Source of the DNA: Octopus vulgaris
Lineage: Eukaryota
Reading direction: 5' to 3'
DNA length: 64,000 nt
NCBI GenBank assembly: GCA_951406725.2
Contig: OX597824.1
Location: 52,142,001 to 52,206,000 of the forward strand
Of this stretch, positions 1-13,265 are shown piece after piece; position 1 is the first letter of the stretch; each line of letters opens with the position of its first letter. Position numbers and translations under genes: made by a program. The notes under the pieces are model-generated. The model was not told the DNA's origin and did not search any database. It worked only from the letters and a program-made list of their open reading frames with translations.

Positions 1-1735
1 TTAACTGTTATATTGGAATGATCAACACGAAAACAAGCCAGCCAGTATCAAATAATTCTATTCGTAACTATTGCAGTCGTTCCTCTCTGAGAGGAACACG
101 AATGATATATATATAACAAATAATATACAACAACATTTAGAAATAAGCCTCGAGAAATTCAACAGCAAGGATATAAATGTCGAAAAGCAAGAGTAGCAAT
201 GACAGCTCCAGCCATGAGTAGACTGTGGCTACTCAACAATATAACAAAATTAGAAGCAACCACGACAACATATATGAATACTTTTACATTTTCATAATTT
301 GATAATTTTGTTGTTATTTTTCTGTGCTAACAGTCATTCAGTCTGGTTATTATAACGGGCTTATCGTTTTTATTTATTTTATCTTATTTTCTGAGTTTTT
401 ACATTTTTTTTAGCTATCATCAACCCTGAGCTCCTGAAAATGAAGTAAACAAATCACAAACACTCGAAGCTGAATTTGATGTAAACATTTTATGAAGAAA
501 ATCTATTCAGCTTAGTAGAATTTAGAATTTCATCTTGTTTTAAATGTAATTCCCTTTAAAACTTATTTAACTGTCTTTTATTTGTTGTTTATGCAAAGGG
601 TGGTGGCACATTTATTTCACATAAACAGGAAGATTTAGTTCAGACGAGTTTTAGGTTATGAAAGGATCTGGTAAAGACTTAATCGGTAAACTTGCCAAAA
701 TGTAATTGGTGAGACATTATTGGTTTGCTCCTCGTTACTTTCCCCTTCAAACATTTTCCCACAAGTACAAACAATTTGAAACATCTAAATACTACAAATG
801 ATTGGAAAAGAAACCAAGCTTCGTTTACTGTTGAACATCTAATCCATCACAATCCACAGTCCTATAAATTAAAGAAAAAAAAGCCAACAATCATAGACAT
901 AGCTATATAGTTAATTAGCCAGTTCAATTCCATTGCGCAGCAGTTTGCTGAAGACCTGTGACTATAGGTGCCCAGTACTTTGTGATCGGAGTTTTCATCG
1001 ACGGAGACTGGCTTGAAGCTTATTGTGTGAAAAAGAAAAATCCCGTAACTAGAAAAGTTTAATAAATTCACCACAATTTGCAGCAACGAGAGGTGTCATT
1101 AAAAGCAAAACTGGTATCAATATTACTGATTCTAATTTAATCAACACGTCAAAATGTGAGTATAAGAATTCACAGTACCGAGCATAAATATTGTTCTCCC
1201 AGCAGTCAGACTATTGACGAAGCCTTAGGGTTGATCTATTTACTGAAAATAAACTTGTCACTGTCATCCAACTTTCATGAAGTTAAATGGAGGTCAGGAA
1301 CCATATTTCCCCTTTCAACTTTCACTTCAACTAATACTGGAAGAAGTCAACAAGGGCTTCAACAAAAGGGTCTTTTCCAGCATCGCTCATCATGCGCTGT
1401 TTTTACTTTAACTTCGAGTCACGACAGTAACGTTACATGAAGCGACAGAGGTGGTTGTTTACTTTCACTAGTTTTCTAGAAGCAACATGGGTTAACATAG
1501 TTTCAGATAGGCAATGTTAGATAAAAAGACGAGAAAGTATGGCTAGAAAACATTTGTACACAGGTATGCCTGATGAATATTTCAGTCAAAAGAGCAGCAT
1601 CAGCAACAAGAAGATCAGAAAAGACTTACCATCATAATTAAACCAACGCAATAGAACAGTTTTTCAAAGGCGCAGATCAAGTAGTGTGAGAAAATTAGTT
1701 AGATATACAGTATATATACAAACACACGCACACAC

Positions 1736-1796
<61 letters not shown>

Positions 1797-1887
1797 TCTC
1801 TCACTCTCACATTTTCTCTCTAAGAGAAATCTATATAAGTGACTCAAGAACCTAGCGTTTCATATATGGTAGTTATCACGATATATA

Positions 1888-3446
1888 CACAATAGTCAAA
1901 ATTTGAGAACGAAAAGAAAAAAATTAAAATATTTACATTTATACTTCATTTTTTCCGAATGGAATCTTTACTGTATATGCCTTAAAAAATATTCATTATT
2001 TACAATAAATTTTGTAGGAAGTGATTAATAACTAAATAATTTACAATAGAAAAATGTTTATTGGAAAAATACAAGATGGACAAAACAGAAGAGCGCATGA
2101 CGTAAAATTTTAAAAAATCAAAATTTTGCCAGAAAGTTTTACAATCCACATCAATACATTAATATGATGTGCACACACCTTTATTTTTAATGACTTCAGT
2201 TCATTTCCGTTCGTAGGATGTGACAATGTTCTGACGTAATTTTATTCCATTCTTCCTGAAGGTTTTCACACAAAATGGAAACATTCGCAGCTCAATGTTA
2301 TCTGATCTTATTGCCAAGTATTTTTTATAAGTTTTCAACGGGATTGAGGTCAGGACTCTGAGCAGGCCAAGACATCGCTGCATCACAGCAATGTTTTTCA
2401 GCTTCAAACACATCAGTAACTATTTTAGCACTATGACATGATGTATTATCCTACATAAAGATTGGCTGAAGAAAGAGTTTTAATATATGGCTGCATTCAC
2501 ATTACCATGGATCCGGATCAAAAGTCCAACACCTGCTGCAGAAATCATATCCACATCATTGAACCCCCACCTCTAAACTTCACTAATTTCTTCACTCATT
2601 TACTGAGCAATCTTTCACCTTTACGACGTTTCACATACTATCTACCATCGGAGCCAACCAAATTAAACTTGCTTTCATCACTGAAGAAAACAGCGACCAG
2701 TTGCCGTCCATCCAAAGTATGTGCTCGTTGGCAAAGACTAACCTCGCTTTTCGGTTCTTCGTACTGGTGAGAGGTTTAGTGACGGTGAAACAGGCATGAA
2801 GTCCGACTTCCTTCAAACGACGAGCCAGTTTTCCGAGACACATTCATTCCGATATCACAATCTACTTAGCGAGAAATTCCTACAGCAGTATCGAAACAGT
2901 CTCTTTACGACAGCTTTTGAAACACACGATCTTGCCGAACACTTATTTTCCGTGGTCTCCTTCGTTTTCCTAATGATTCAAAAGACCTTCTTTCTTCATA
3001 AAGCTTGAATATTCTTGAAAAGACACTCTTTTATCTGTTAATATCTCTGGCAATAGCAAACATTGCTTTTCCTCTTTTTCAATGACACCACTCGCTTTCT
3101 GAAGACTTCATCAATTTTACGTCGGCCTTTCATGCTTGTTAATTCACTACTGTTCAATATAAATCTTTACATTGTTAGGTCAACTTAGTTTACATCGGTC
3201 GGAGAGTTGTCAGATTTCACTTTGTGAATTTTACGTGATACGTTCTCTAATTTTGTCCATCTTGTACTTTCCAAATAAACATTTTCTCTACTATAAATTA
3301 TTTAATTATTAATCACTTCCTACAAAATTTATTGTAAAGAATGAAATACTTTAAAGTTGATACTGTAAAATCCCATTCGGAAAACTGAAGTAGAAATGTA
3401 AATATTTTAAAATTTTATTTACGTTCTCCAGTTTTGGCCAATACTG
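1888..3446 (-). mobile_element. Decayed Tc1-family DNA transposon with long (~220 bp) TIRs
   Basis: Inverted repeats ~1888-2110 and ~3228-3446 (tacaagatggacaaaa / aattttgtccatcttgta; gtaggaagtgattaataa / ttattaatcacttcctac) flanked by TA. Minus-strand transposase remnants (ORF 2631-2843 RLKEVGLH..KPL..KNRKARLVFA; frameshifted FSDESKFNLVGSDG). Confidence 0.9.
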
Positions 3447-3814
3447 TATATATATATATATATGCGAACTTAATCGTGGTCTGATCGGCATCTTTCCTCA
3501 TGTTTTTTGAAATTTATATCCACATCTTTATGAGTATATTTACCTTCTCTGGGATGTCAATAATCAATTTAAGAACTTTGTATTTTTGGAATACATAGAT
3601 AGTCTGCTTGGAATCTTACTTCAAGTTCCTGGAACTCACATCAATAACTTTATAAGTATATTTACACTCTCTAAGATGTTTGGAAAACCTATATGAAATT
3701 TAGCTGAAGATTACTTGACATTATATTTGCTGTAATATTTGCAGCTTTAATAAAATGTTTATAGTATGAAACAATTGTACTAAACTACCGATCCATTCTT
3801 GTTGCTTATTTTTT

Positions 3815-3940
<126 letters not shown>

Positions 3941-4048
3941 CGCCCACACCCACGTTCACGTATCTTTTATCTTTTACTTGCTTCAACCACACATACAATC
4001 AATTATACTTTATAAAAGACAATATGGATGTGTGTGTGTGTGTGTGTA

Positions 4049-4080
<32 letters not shown>

Positions 4081-4089
4081 TAAGTACAT

Positions 4090-4260
4090 GAGTTAGTAAT
4101 TTCGGTGTTGTCCTCAAGGTCATAAGACCGTGATTCCCACCCCCATACCAGCGATTGTTTAACGTTGCCCTGTCAACTCAGCTGTAAATCCGTAGCCCTG
4201 CGATGAACTGATGAACTGGCGTTCCATTCACTGGTGATGTTCAATTACCCACCTTAACCA
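4090..4260 (+). mobile_element. Old SINE relic with V/Meta-like central domain
   Basis: gtcaactcagctgtaaat...ccctgcgatgaactg...gcgttccattca resembles conserved SINE-superfamily central domains; heavily decayed. Confidence 0.4.
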
Positions 4261-4299
4261 GCGGGATAGCATCATTCGAAGACTACAACAGAGCCAGGA

Positions 4300-4445
4300 A
4301 ACGCAGTGTGTTGAAAGGCTCGATAGCTTAGTCGATGCCGTCCTTACGTTCTGAGTTCAAATTCCACCGAGGTCGATTTTACCTTTCATCCTTTCGGGGT
4401 CGATAAATTAAGTACTAGTTGTGTATTGGGGTGGATCTAATCGAT
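4300..4445 (+). mobile_element. tRNA-like SINE family A, partial
   Basis: tacgttctgagttcaaattccaccgaggtcgattttacctttcatcctttcggggtcgataaattaagtac matches copies at 11668, 22195 and 32340; contains B-box-like gagttcaaattcc. Confidence 0.85.
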
Positions 4446-5493
4446 TTTTTAACAGCATAGTCATGCCTGTGCATATAAATATTCATGTATGTGACGGGGT
4501 TGGGCATGGAATGTGTGTGAATAATATACATGTAATGAAAATTGCATGTGTTTGTTAAAAATTATAGTGCAGTCAAATATCTCATAGCTATCAAGTGTCT
4601 TTTGCAAGTCAAGTCAAAATATGTTTTGCATTATTAAGTTCGTTCTGATATTCAAATATTTTTACAGCAAGACCATAAAATACTAAATGCCTTTGTTTAA
4701 TCTTTATAATAGTCCACGAAATTCAGAGTAATATTTGTCAGGCTCCAGATTTCAATAAGTTATATCGATGTACTTTTTGTATTAAATGCTCCGTAGTTTT
4801 GTTTTTAGTTATACATACGTGTTTATATCCCTCAGCCGACATTTAATACTGTATAGTACTGCCCAGAAACAAAAAGTTTCCCTGAACAACGTAGTGGAAT
4901 TTTCTCCCCCCAAAACTTCTAAAATCAGTTCTACCAGAAATACTTCATCCGAAAATCCACTGCCAGAACTATGAGCCAAAAATAGAGTCATGACATGGTT
5001 CTCCAACTGCCAGTCAGTTTTTCTTCCCAATTCAACACTGCCGTCTTTTAAAACGGAGGAATTGTTGGATAATGATAGCTATATCGAAAATGATGCCATG
5101 ATCACGGGAGACCGTTTCTGGTCATGGATTTGCTCGATTAGAGCTTCTCTTGGACGAAACAACAATAACCATGACTACAATCAATGATGCAATGCATGTT
5201 TAAAAACGAATCTTTATTCCTTTTTTATATCAAAGATCTTTATCATCAGGATGGAAAGGAGTAAGATGTTGAAAAATATTGACTTTCTCGCAGTGAATTC
5301 AAATTAGATTTCTGATTGAACTGTATAGTTGAAATATTTTGAAAGGCCTTCAAAACCACATTTTGATAAAATATATATAAGATTGGAATTTCCAGAATTT
5401 TCTAAACAGTTTAGATTTTAATAATTTTTCTTTTAGTAAAAGTTACATACGCATAACTGATTATAAAGCATTTTTTAAAATATCATAATATGT

Positions 5494-5582
5494 ATTCCTG
5501 AAGATGTAATAATGGGACTTCAACAATATTTCCCAGTGAAAAAACTAATAACAACTTCCCCTAGGATCGAAACTGGTTGAGG
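5494..5582 (+). ncRNA. Decayed type I hammerhead ribozyme motif (Penelope-like)
   Basis: ttc-CTGAAGA (5498)...c-GAAAC (5569)-tg-GTT-gag; short stem III, long weak stem II region. Confidence 0.45.
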
Positions 5583-6924
5583 TAACTTTCCTTTGCTTCA
5601 GATTACGTTTTTTGACTAAATACAAAACATATTTTATTCAAGTGGAGATAGGTTGTTGGAAAGTAGAAAAATTCGCCATGCGTCATTTGAGGCAGAATTA
5701 AATCAGAAATCAGAAACCGTTATAAATAGCAGAATTCAAAGTAACTGACCTCAAACAAAATGCTTTCGTCTTCTTTTATGATACTATTATTACGCAAGGC
5801 CATTTTTGTTGACAGCAGAGAGAGAGAGAGAGAGTTAATAGTTGGATTACCGGAGTTTAGAACATATATTGCTGATACTTATCAATATCGGTGTGTAGTG
5901 AATCCAACCTTGGTCCCAGTAATAGCTAAATTCGAAGTTTAGAAGGACGAAATTAAATACTACAAAAGTATTCATGCCAAACCTTTTAACTGTCTCGCAA
6001 TCTCCAACGTACTAGCGAAAGTTAATACTGTAATGTAGCTAGATTACTAAAAATTCTAACTCTGAATGAAGAAAGCCGGTTGAGATTTGACACCTGACCT
6101 AATATTATGTCACGTGTGTTTAGTTACGTTAGACATTTACTTGAACCGGATGCAGTTCTGTTTTATTTGATTTCATTTGTATTTGTTATTGCTGCTATGT
6201 CTGCTGTTATTTCTCTCTTTGGTAATTTTATTATATTTATGTTATGTTTCTAACGTTGATTTATTTTACTTTATTATTTATTTATTGGCGGGGAAGGGGT
6301 ACTGTCTTTTGCACTGCGTTGTTTTTCATATATTTTATATTATGCTTCTCTCTGCTTTTTGTTTTTATTTTATCTTATTCATTAAGTAATCTTCATTCGA
6401 CTGAATTACAGCCATGCCGTGAGCTGACATTCCTCCCACCACTTATAAAAATAAAAAGAAAGAGGCAAAAAGCTAATCATTTCTGAGGTATTTAAAACTA
6501 TATTCTCGTGCAGTTATATAGTGGAGCTGATGTAATCATGTAATAACAATCTTCCTTATGTGTGTGTGTATATGCATGTGTATGTGTGTAGGTGTGTATG
6601 AGTGTGTATGCGTGCGTACGTACACAGATGTATGAAAGTATTAATGTATGAATATACATATGTATGCAGCACATGCACACAGTTGTATATGCATGGGTGC
6701 ATGTGTGTTTTACGAAAGTAAAGGTTAATTTCTTCTTTTAGTAATAATAAACCTACAAAGGTTATTTAATCAACCTGTGTAGGTTATTAGTATTTATTTA
6801 ATCCAAGCACGAGTAGATAAAGGGGGCTGTGGTGGAGTTTAAACTCGAAGTAAATTTATGAACCTAAATACAGTCGGATATTCAAGATCCATCGTTTTTG
6901 CCAATTAACGTCATTCACAAACAG

Positions 6925-7240
6925 TTATATTAATATAACAATTTATATTATGCTTACTATTATTAATCAAATGTCTTATATTAAGACAGTTATTAATATA
7001 AAACTTTTACATTATATTTAGTGCTATTAATATAATATCTGATATTACATTATCGCTACTGTTATTAATGTACTTCGTATTGTATTATACTGTTCTTAGT
7101 ATATTTTATATAATGCATAGTTAGTGTTAGCATATTTTGCAGCATAATTACTATTATTAATACCATATTTAATATTGTATTATCGTTATTGTTATTAACA
7201 TACTACATTATATACATAGTGTTATTAATATAATACTTTA
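6925..7240. repeat. Degenerate AT-rich minisatellite (~35-38 bp unit); second array at ~11105-11665
   Basis: Recurring gttattaatataa...ttatatta units in both places. Confidence 0.6.
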
Positions 7241-8401
7241 AACAGAGTCACACGAAGGAGCGTTGAATAAAATACATGAATGCACAATATTTAACACGTC
7301 CGTGCATATATATATACACGAACGTGTACGAATATATTCGTACATGGGAATATCTTTCACTGTTGAAATAGTCTCGGAAGAAGATCTTCATTATACACAC
7401 ATGTGTGAAAAGACATTGGGCTATGAATGACGTCACCGGATCGTAGGACTCATGCATTTCCGCACTGTTACGCGTAATCAGCCACGAATACTGAATTCTC
7501 TTCTATAGCCCTAAAAGAGCAACTTTTCTTATATATGAGAAGAGCAAACAGTAAATTTACTGTTATGCTTAAAGCTCGGTCAGCTATAGTTAATTAAATA
7601 AAGTCGCATGAAGCAGTGTTGAATAAAAATTAATGCATAAACAATGCTATATAACGCGTTCGGTACACTGAGACATGGGAATTCCAGCTCAATCAAACTT
7701 TACTCACTCTATTCAAATTTACTGTGCCTTATGCAAAATATTCTTGCTTATCAACACCGTTTGTGTTTTTACCTCTTCTTGTCATTAACAATTTTCCCCA
7801 ATAGGTTCAGCTTCCTCGTTCGTCACATGAATCCTTTCACATACACACACTCACAAACATTCGAACGCTAATGGCAAGCGCGCATATACACGTAACACCC
7901 TCTCTCTCTCTCCCCCACACACATATACAAGCATACATATTCACACAGCTAAGCGTCATCTCTCTCTGTGTGTACGGTTTTTGTATTGTGCATGTCCTCG
8001 TACCGTTCGTTTTAATCTCTTTTTCTCTTTCTTTCCTTCTCTCTGCCTTTCTCTCTCTCCTTCGATTCCATTCATACAGTGTGATAAATATTTGACACCA
8101 CAAGAATTTATTGTTAGTATTTTGATATAATAGATTATATATTATGTGTTTAATATTTATCTTAAATATAGTTCCTAATATAATCCTTTCTGCTAACGAT
8201 TCTACCAGCTTGCCGCCTTCTATCAAGTTGAATAAAAAGTAAGCAACGTTTCAACCATGAAGATTTTGTACCGGATTTTTGCAGAGTTTTGAATGCTTTT
8301 TAAACATTCTGTATTTTTTGCAATTGTCTGATGATACAGACATAGACTTGCCCAAATGCATCAATAAATTAACATTGATATTTTTTTCACCAATCATCTG
8401 A

Positions 8402-10081
8402 CAAGTTAATCCTTGTTTGATCCATGTTAGACGTAAGTCACATTGTTGGTTAATTGTTGAAGGCCTCCTGCAAGGGTGAACCTAATGTTTAAACTTCACT
8501 GTTGAATTTTTGAAATGTCAGTTGCTGTTTTTTGCCGTGTTTTAATAATGGTTCTCTTTCCCATTTATGGGTGAAGTAGTGAAAAAAGGAAGGATGGAAA
8601 TCGAACCAGTCCCAGCCGGCAACTATGCTGCAGCCACTGGAAGAAGTTTAACTGCAGACGCACTACAGGTTCGAGAGGTGAAGATGGAGGAAAAGAAGCT
8701 AAAGGAATTTAACAGACTAATTGAGAAGTGGGAAACCAGTTTAAGGTTGACCCCGCCACAAGAATTCACAGCGAGCGTAACTAAGATGAAAGTAGTATAT
8801 AGAACGCTGTCTACGGCAACGAAAAGAATTGAAATAGCTACTGTGGAAGCCATAGAAGAGTGTTTGAAGGAGGTAAAGAACCTTACAATATTCTATACCA
8901 GAGGAAAAAATACGGCACAGTGGAGGTTAGGTTCGCTAGCGAGCAAGAAGCGATAAACTACTCCACTGTGACGCTAAGGGCACCATAGTGAGTACTTCTG
9001 CCGACTTACTGTGGCAGGCTAGTGGTCAAGGTGAGAATAGGCAGAGTACCCCCGGAGACTGAGGAGGCGTGGCAGCCATTATGTACAACATGGAAGAGGA
9101 GGCGAAAGTTTTAAAAGTAACGAGAACGAAAGAGGTAAACTGATGGGGTTACGGCCTCGAGGTGGCGATCCAGGTAACTTTGCAAGACTTGCACAAAATA
9201 ACGGAGGAGGTGATACTACCGGAGGAAGTAAAATTAAGAGTAGTGGTGAAGACCTCCAGCTTGTTACCAGAACGAGGAGAAAGGTGAACAGGAACAGCAG
9301 CGACAGGGTGCCGAGCAGGTGCAAAATGCCGAAGCGGCGACCCCTGTGAGTAATCAATGTCCAGAGAAGGTTGATGAGTATTATGCGGTAGTAAATATGA
9401 AAAAGAAAAGGAAGGAAAACGTGGACTCACCGCCAAAGAGTCCACTAAAGAAAATAAAGGAAAATAAACAGAAAAAGAAACAGATGGAGATTTCAACAAT
9501 ATCAACAAGGGAAACCAACGTAGAAAACCAAGTGGAAATACAAGAACAAGTAACAAAACAAAGAAACAAAAAGGAAATGGCGTATGGTGACATATTAAAA
9601 AAACATGGAAATTGAAAAGAAAATAACCAAAATGAAGTCGATAGTGAAGTTAACAACGGAATATTATCCAGAGAGCACCAAGGCAATTGTGATTGACCAA
9701 GAGAGGTGTGCAAGATTGAGGGAATTATTTGGAGACAAGATAGACCCAGCAGGAGTACGCGTGGAGTTCGATTGCTTGCCGCCAGTGACAGATTATAAGG
9801 ACCAAACACCGTACATAAAATAGTGAAAAAAAGTAAATGTTGAGAATTTAATGAACATAATACTGATACTAAGAGTGAAAAAAAGATATAAAAACATTTA
9901 ACTAAAACATTTAAAATCATACTGATTCTGAGTGGGGATCATGCAGCCATTTTACCTCCATTATCATAATTCATCCTTCATTCGTTTGTTCTGTTATATG
10001 TCCCCACTGTAGTGTCCTGTTTGTCCTTGTGCTGTTACCTCTGTGTTATGACCGTAGTGCCAAAACAAAGAATAATGTTAT
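8402..10081 (+). mobile_element. ORF1-only (HAL1-like) non-autonomous retrotransposon related to the Tx1/L1 element
   Basis: 10-bp TSD aatcatctga (8392-8401 and 10082-10091). Decayed ORF homologous to ORF1 at 18122-19464. No ORF2. 3' end gtcctgtttgtcc...gtgccaaaacaaagaataa resembles the Tx1 3' end. Confidence 0.85.
8567..9823 (+). pseudogene. Frameshifted LINE ORF1 (gag-like) protein
   Basis: VVYRTLSTATKRIEIATVEAIEECLK..YTRGK/YGTVEVRFASEQEA..VLLPTYCGRLVVKVRIGRVPPE aligns with ITYKVFDRKLKKMTNATPQQLEIALK..VTKGKRFGTVEVRFPTEELA..LLVPTHLGRRVTKIKIDLVPPE in the Tx1 ORF1. Confidence 0.85.
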
Positions 10082-10092
10082 AATCATCTGAA

Positions 10093-10988
10093 ATGGAACT
10101 GTCAAAGCGCGATATTCGAGCAATTTTGCTATTCAAGAAAATGGTTTAAACGTTTCGCAGTGGAGACCAGAGCCTTGAAGATCGTGAGCGTAGTGGACGC
10201 CTATCTGTCATCGATGACAGTCAATTAAAGACCGTCACTGAGGAAGATCCACGTAAAACTACTCGAGAACTGGCAAAAGAATTTCAAGTTAGTCAGAAAA
10301 CTGCGTGCAACCATTTGCATGCGATCGGAGAATTATAAAAGCTCGATAAATGGGTACCATACGATTTGATTGAAAATCAGAAAATGCGCCGATATGAAAT
10401 TTTCTCGTCGCTTCTTCATAACCAAACCAATCAATTTCTCGACCGTATTGCAATGAAAAGTGGATTATGAACAATAATAAAAATCGTTTTTAGCAGTGGT
10501 TGGATCAAAATGAAGCACCGAAAATCTTCCCTAAACCCGAGCTCTTCAACAAGAAGGTTATGGTGACTGTTGTTTGGTGGTGTACTGCTGGACTCATCCA
10601 CTATAACTTCTTAAAACTCGGGAAAACCATTATTGCAGAAACATATTGTCATGAAATTGCCAAAATGAACGAAAAACTGTTACTCCTCCGTCCCAGACTG
10701 GTCAACATAAGAGGGCCAATCATTCTTTATGACAATGCTCGACCGCACGTTTCACTAATGATGCTCCAAAAGTTGAGGGAACTTGGCTACAAAGTTCTTC
10801 CTCACCCAGTTTATTCCCCAGATCTTTCTTCTACCGAGTACCACTTTTTCAAGCACCTTGCTGGTTTCCTGTGCAAGAAGGTGTTAAAAAATCAAACCGC
10901 GGCTGAAAGTGCGTTCAAAGAGTTCATCAGCTCTAGAACTCCAGATTTCTATGTTACCGGAATAAACAATGTCGTAATTCGTTGGTAA
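10093..10988 (+). pseudogene. mariner DD34D transposase pseudogene
   Basis: MELSKRDIRAILL start, LDKWVPYDL, YDNARPH and HPVYSPDLSSTEYHFF motifs; stops, frameshifts and an internal deletion. Confidence 0.92.
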
Positions 10989-11277
10989 AAATGTGTTGAT
11001 TGTAATGGTATTTACTTTGATGAATAAGATTTCCGCATTGTTGAAATATATTGTTATGAAATTTTCGCGTTTTAAAATGTTGCTTACTTTTTACTCAGCC
11101 TGACATATAAATCCTAATATAATATTTTATATCACAGTTTGTGTTTTAATATAATCTTTTATATTACATAATTTTTAAAAATCTTTTATACTGCATTATA
11201 GTTATAAACCTTTGTATCATATTATAGATGCTGTTATTAATATAATAGTTTATATTACAGTTAGCATCTTTAATATA

Positions 11278-11589
11278 TTTCGGAGATGTACTTGGATAGC
11301 AAGTGACCTGCTCTGAGATCGTGTGCTAGAACGAAAACAATTGCAACGTGGAAGGTGTTTATAAGCCATTTAAGAAACACACAAAAACCGTTAGATTCAC
11401 TTCAACATTTAAATTTAATTTGTCAAAATATTTTTGTCGCTTTGAGACCGCGACCTGTTCACTAACAACACTCTGATGCAGCACGGAGTTTTGTCAGTGA
11501 ACAGGTCGCGATCTCAAAGCGACAAAAAATATTTTGACAAATTAGATTTAAATGTTGAAGTGAATCTAACGGTTTTGTGTGTTTATAAA
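11278..11589. mobile_element. 312-bp fold-back element with 13-bp TSD (probably Penelope-derived)
   Basis: catctttaatata duplicated at 11265-11277 and 11590-11602. ~105-bp inverted arms (~11375-11480 / 11481-11585) plus an unpaired left extension. Confidence 0.8.
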
Positions 11590-11667
11590 CATCTTTAATA
11601 TAATATTCTATTTATTGTTATCAATGTTATATTTTACATAATATTTAATGCTATTAATAAAAACTTT

Positions 11668-11880
11668 AAGGCGGCGAGCTGGCAGAATCGTTAGGAAGCC
11701 GAGTGAAATGTTTAGTAGCATTTCGTCTGCTGCTACGTTCTGAGTTCAAGTCTCGCCGAGGTCGACTTTGCCTCTCGGCGTCGATAAATTAAGCGTCAGT
11801 TGCGCACTGGGATCGATCTAATTGAGTGCCCCGCTTCCCCTAAATTTCAGGCCTTGTGCCTATAGTAGAAATGTTATTAA
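11668..11880 (+). mobile_element. SINE family A, full length
   Basis: ggcggcgagctggcagaatcgttag head (A box), gagttcaagtc B box, tail aaatttcaggccttgtgcctatagtagaaa. Confidence 0.9.
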
Positions 11881-11896
11881 TACAAACTTTACATTT

Positions 11897-12110
11897 AGGA
11901 GGCGAGGTGGCGAAACAGAACACCGGGCAAAACGTTTGGTGGCAGTTTGTCCGTGTTTACGCTCGAAGTTTAAATGCCTCTCATGTCGACTTTGCCTTTC
12001 ATTCTTTTGGAGTCCATAAGATAAGTATCACCTCTACACTGGAGTCGATGTAGTCGACTTACCCCCACTCCAAAACATGCTGGCCTTGTGCCAAAACTTG
12101 AAATCAGTAC
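11897..12110 (+). mobile_element. SINE family A, older variant, tandem to the previous copy
   Basis: ggaggcgaggtggc head, gtcgactttgcctttcattcttttggagtc, tail ggccttgtgccaaaacttgaaa. Confidence 0.75.
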
Positions 12111-12231
12111 GTTATTTTACAATATATTAGAGTGAAAGCTTTCCCATTACTTCAAGTTTCAAATACTGTTTAAACAGTACGCCATCTTAAGATTACAAAT
12201 CATTTCCGGAATGAAGAAAAACACTCATACA

Positions 12232-12273
<42 letters not shown>

Positions 12274-12470
12274 GACCATACACGCGTGCGCGCTCATACA
12301 CACACACACACACAAAATATATATATATATACACACACACATGTTTTGTATTTATGTATATTTGTAAGTTTAGTAACATGTACATGTGCAAATTATATGT
12401 GTGTTAGTGTCAGTGTGTGTATGTGCGTGTATGTATATATATATATATGAATGTTTGTGTTTCAATGGAT

Positions 12471-12531
<61 letters not shown>

Positions 12532-12839
12532 CGTGCTGCCGTAATCAGCCCGCCTTTATTTTATATTTCTTCCCTTATTTATTTTTTAATCTTCCATTCA
12601 TTTATTTGTTTATTTTGTCTTTGAAATATGTTTCTCTTGAATCAGTTGTTAGGTTAAACTTCCGTTTAGTTCGTAACCTTGTATTCTTGTGCCCTTTCCA
12701 AACACGTAGTAATTTTCTGTGTCAGGAAAGCCAAGAATGCTACAATTGATAAAATAAAGTTGATCTTAAGACCTTGTGTTGGTATGAATGTAGTGTGGAG
12801 GGGGGATAATTTTCTAACTAGAACACGTACCACAGATAT

Positions 12840-13265
12840 TCACTGCTCTGTTCATTCAACCTGATAGAAATAGCAACAAAAATCGTAACGTCTTAAAAAA
12901 ACAGAAGGTCACATTGATTAATGAAGTCTTAGATAGAGTGTGCCTGAAGAAATGGCAGGATACCCATCTTTATAATTTTTTGATGATACATCTGCTCAAC
13001 GTGGGCGTGCCTGGAGCTGAACAGGAACAACAAAACTAACTAGTTCACTTATTCACTTATTCAGACATATCTTACTTCTTACAAACACTCTATACGTTAA
13101 CTTCTATGTAGTCATCTGCCCTGCTAGAAATATTAGCCAAACCTCCTTCAAATCAAACCCACAACTCAAAATAGGATGGACAGGCTGGATAATGCGGGCG
13201 TAGTCATACTATATTTGGAAGAAAAGTCGATTGTGGTGTTTTGAAGCTAAGATGAAACATCAGCA
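12840..13265 (+). repeat. Two tandem decayed copies of dispersed ~200-bp repeat family C
   Basis: ctg(a/c)tagaaat..gc(a/c)aaa...tg(g/a)(a/t)taatg...gct(g/a)aa..aac; related to the array at 49915-50785 and the fragment at 57660. Confidence 0.6.

Larger units (their letters stand above)
8223..11103 (+). mobile_element. Decayed mariner transposon split by a 1.68-kb retro-insertion
   Basis: TIRs tcaagttgaataaaaagtaagcaac (8223) and gttgcttactttttactcagcctga (ending 11103). Transposase remnants downstream of 10093. Confidence 0.9.

Noticed and set aside
4786-5187. Two same-frame ORFs separated by one TGA (possible readthrough, selenocysteine or pseudo-exon)
   Set aside because: No recognisable domain, SECIS or splice context; frames of this length arise by chance.
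6925-7240. Regular repeats as a CRISPR-like array
   Set aside because: Eukaryotic context, degenerate contiguous units, no spacers or cas genes.
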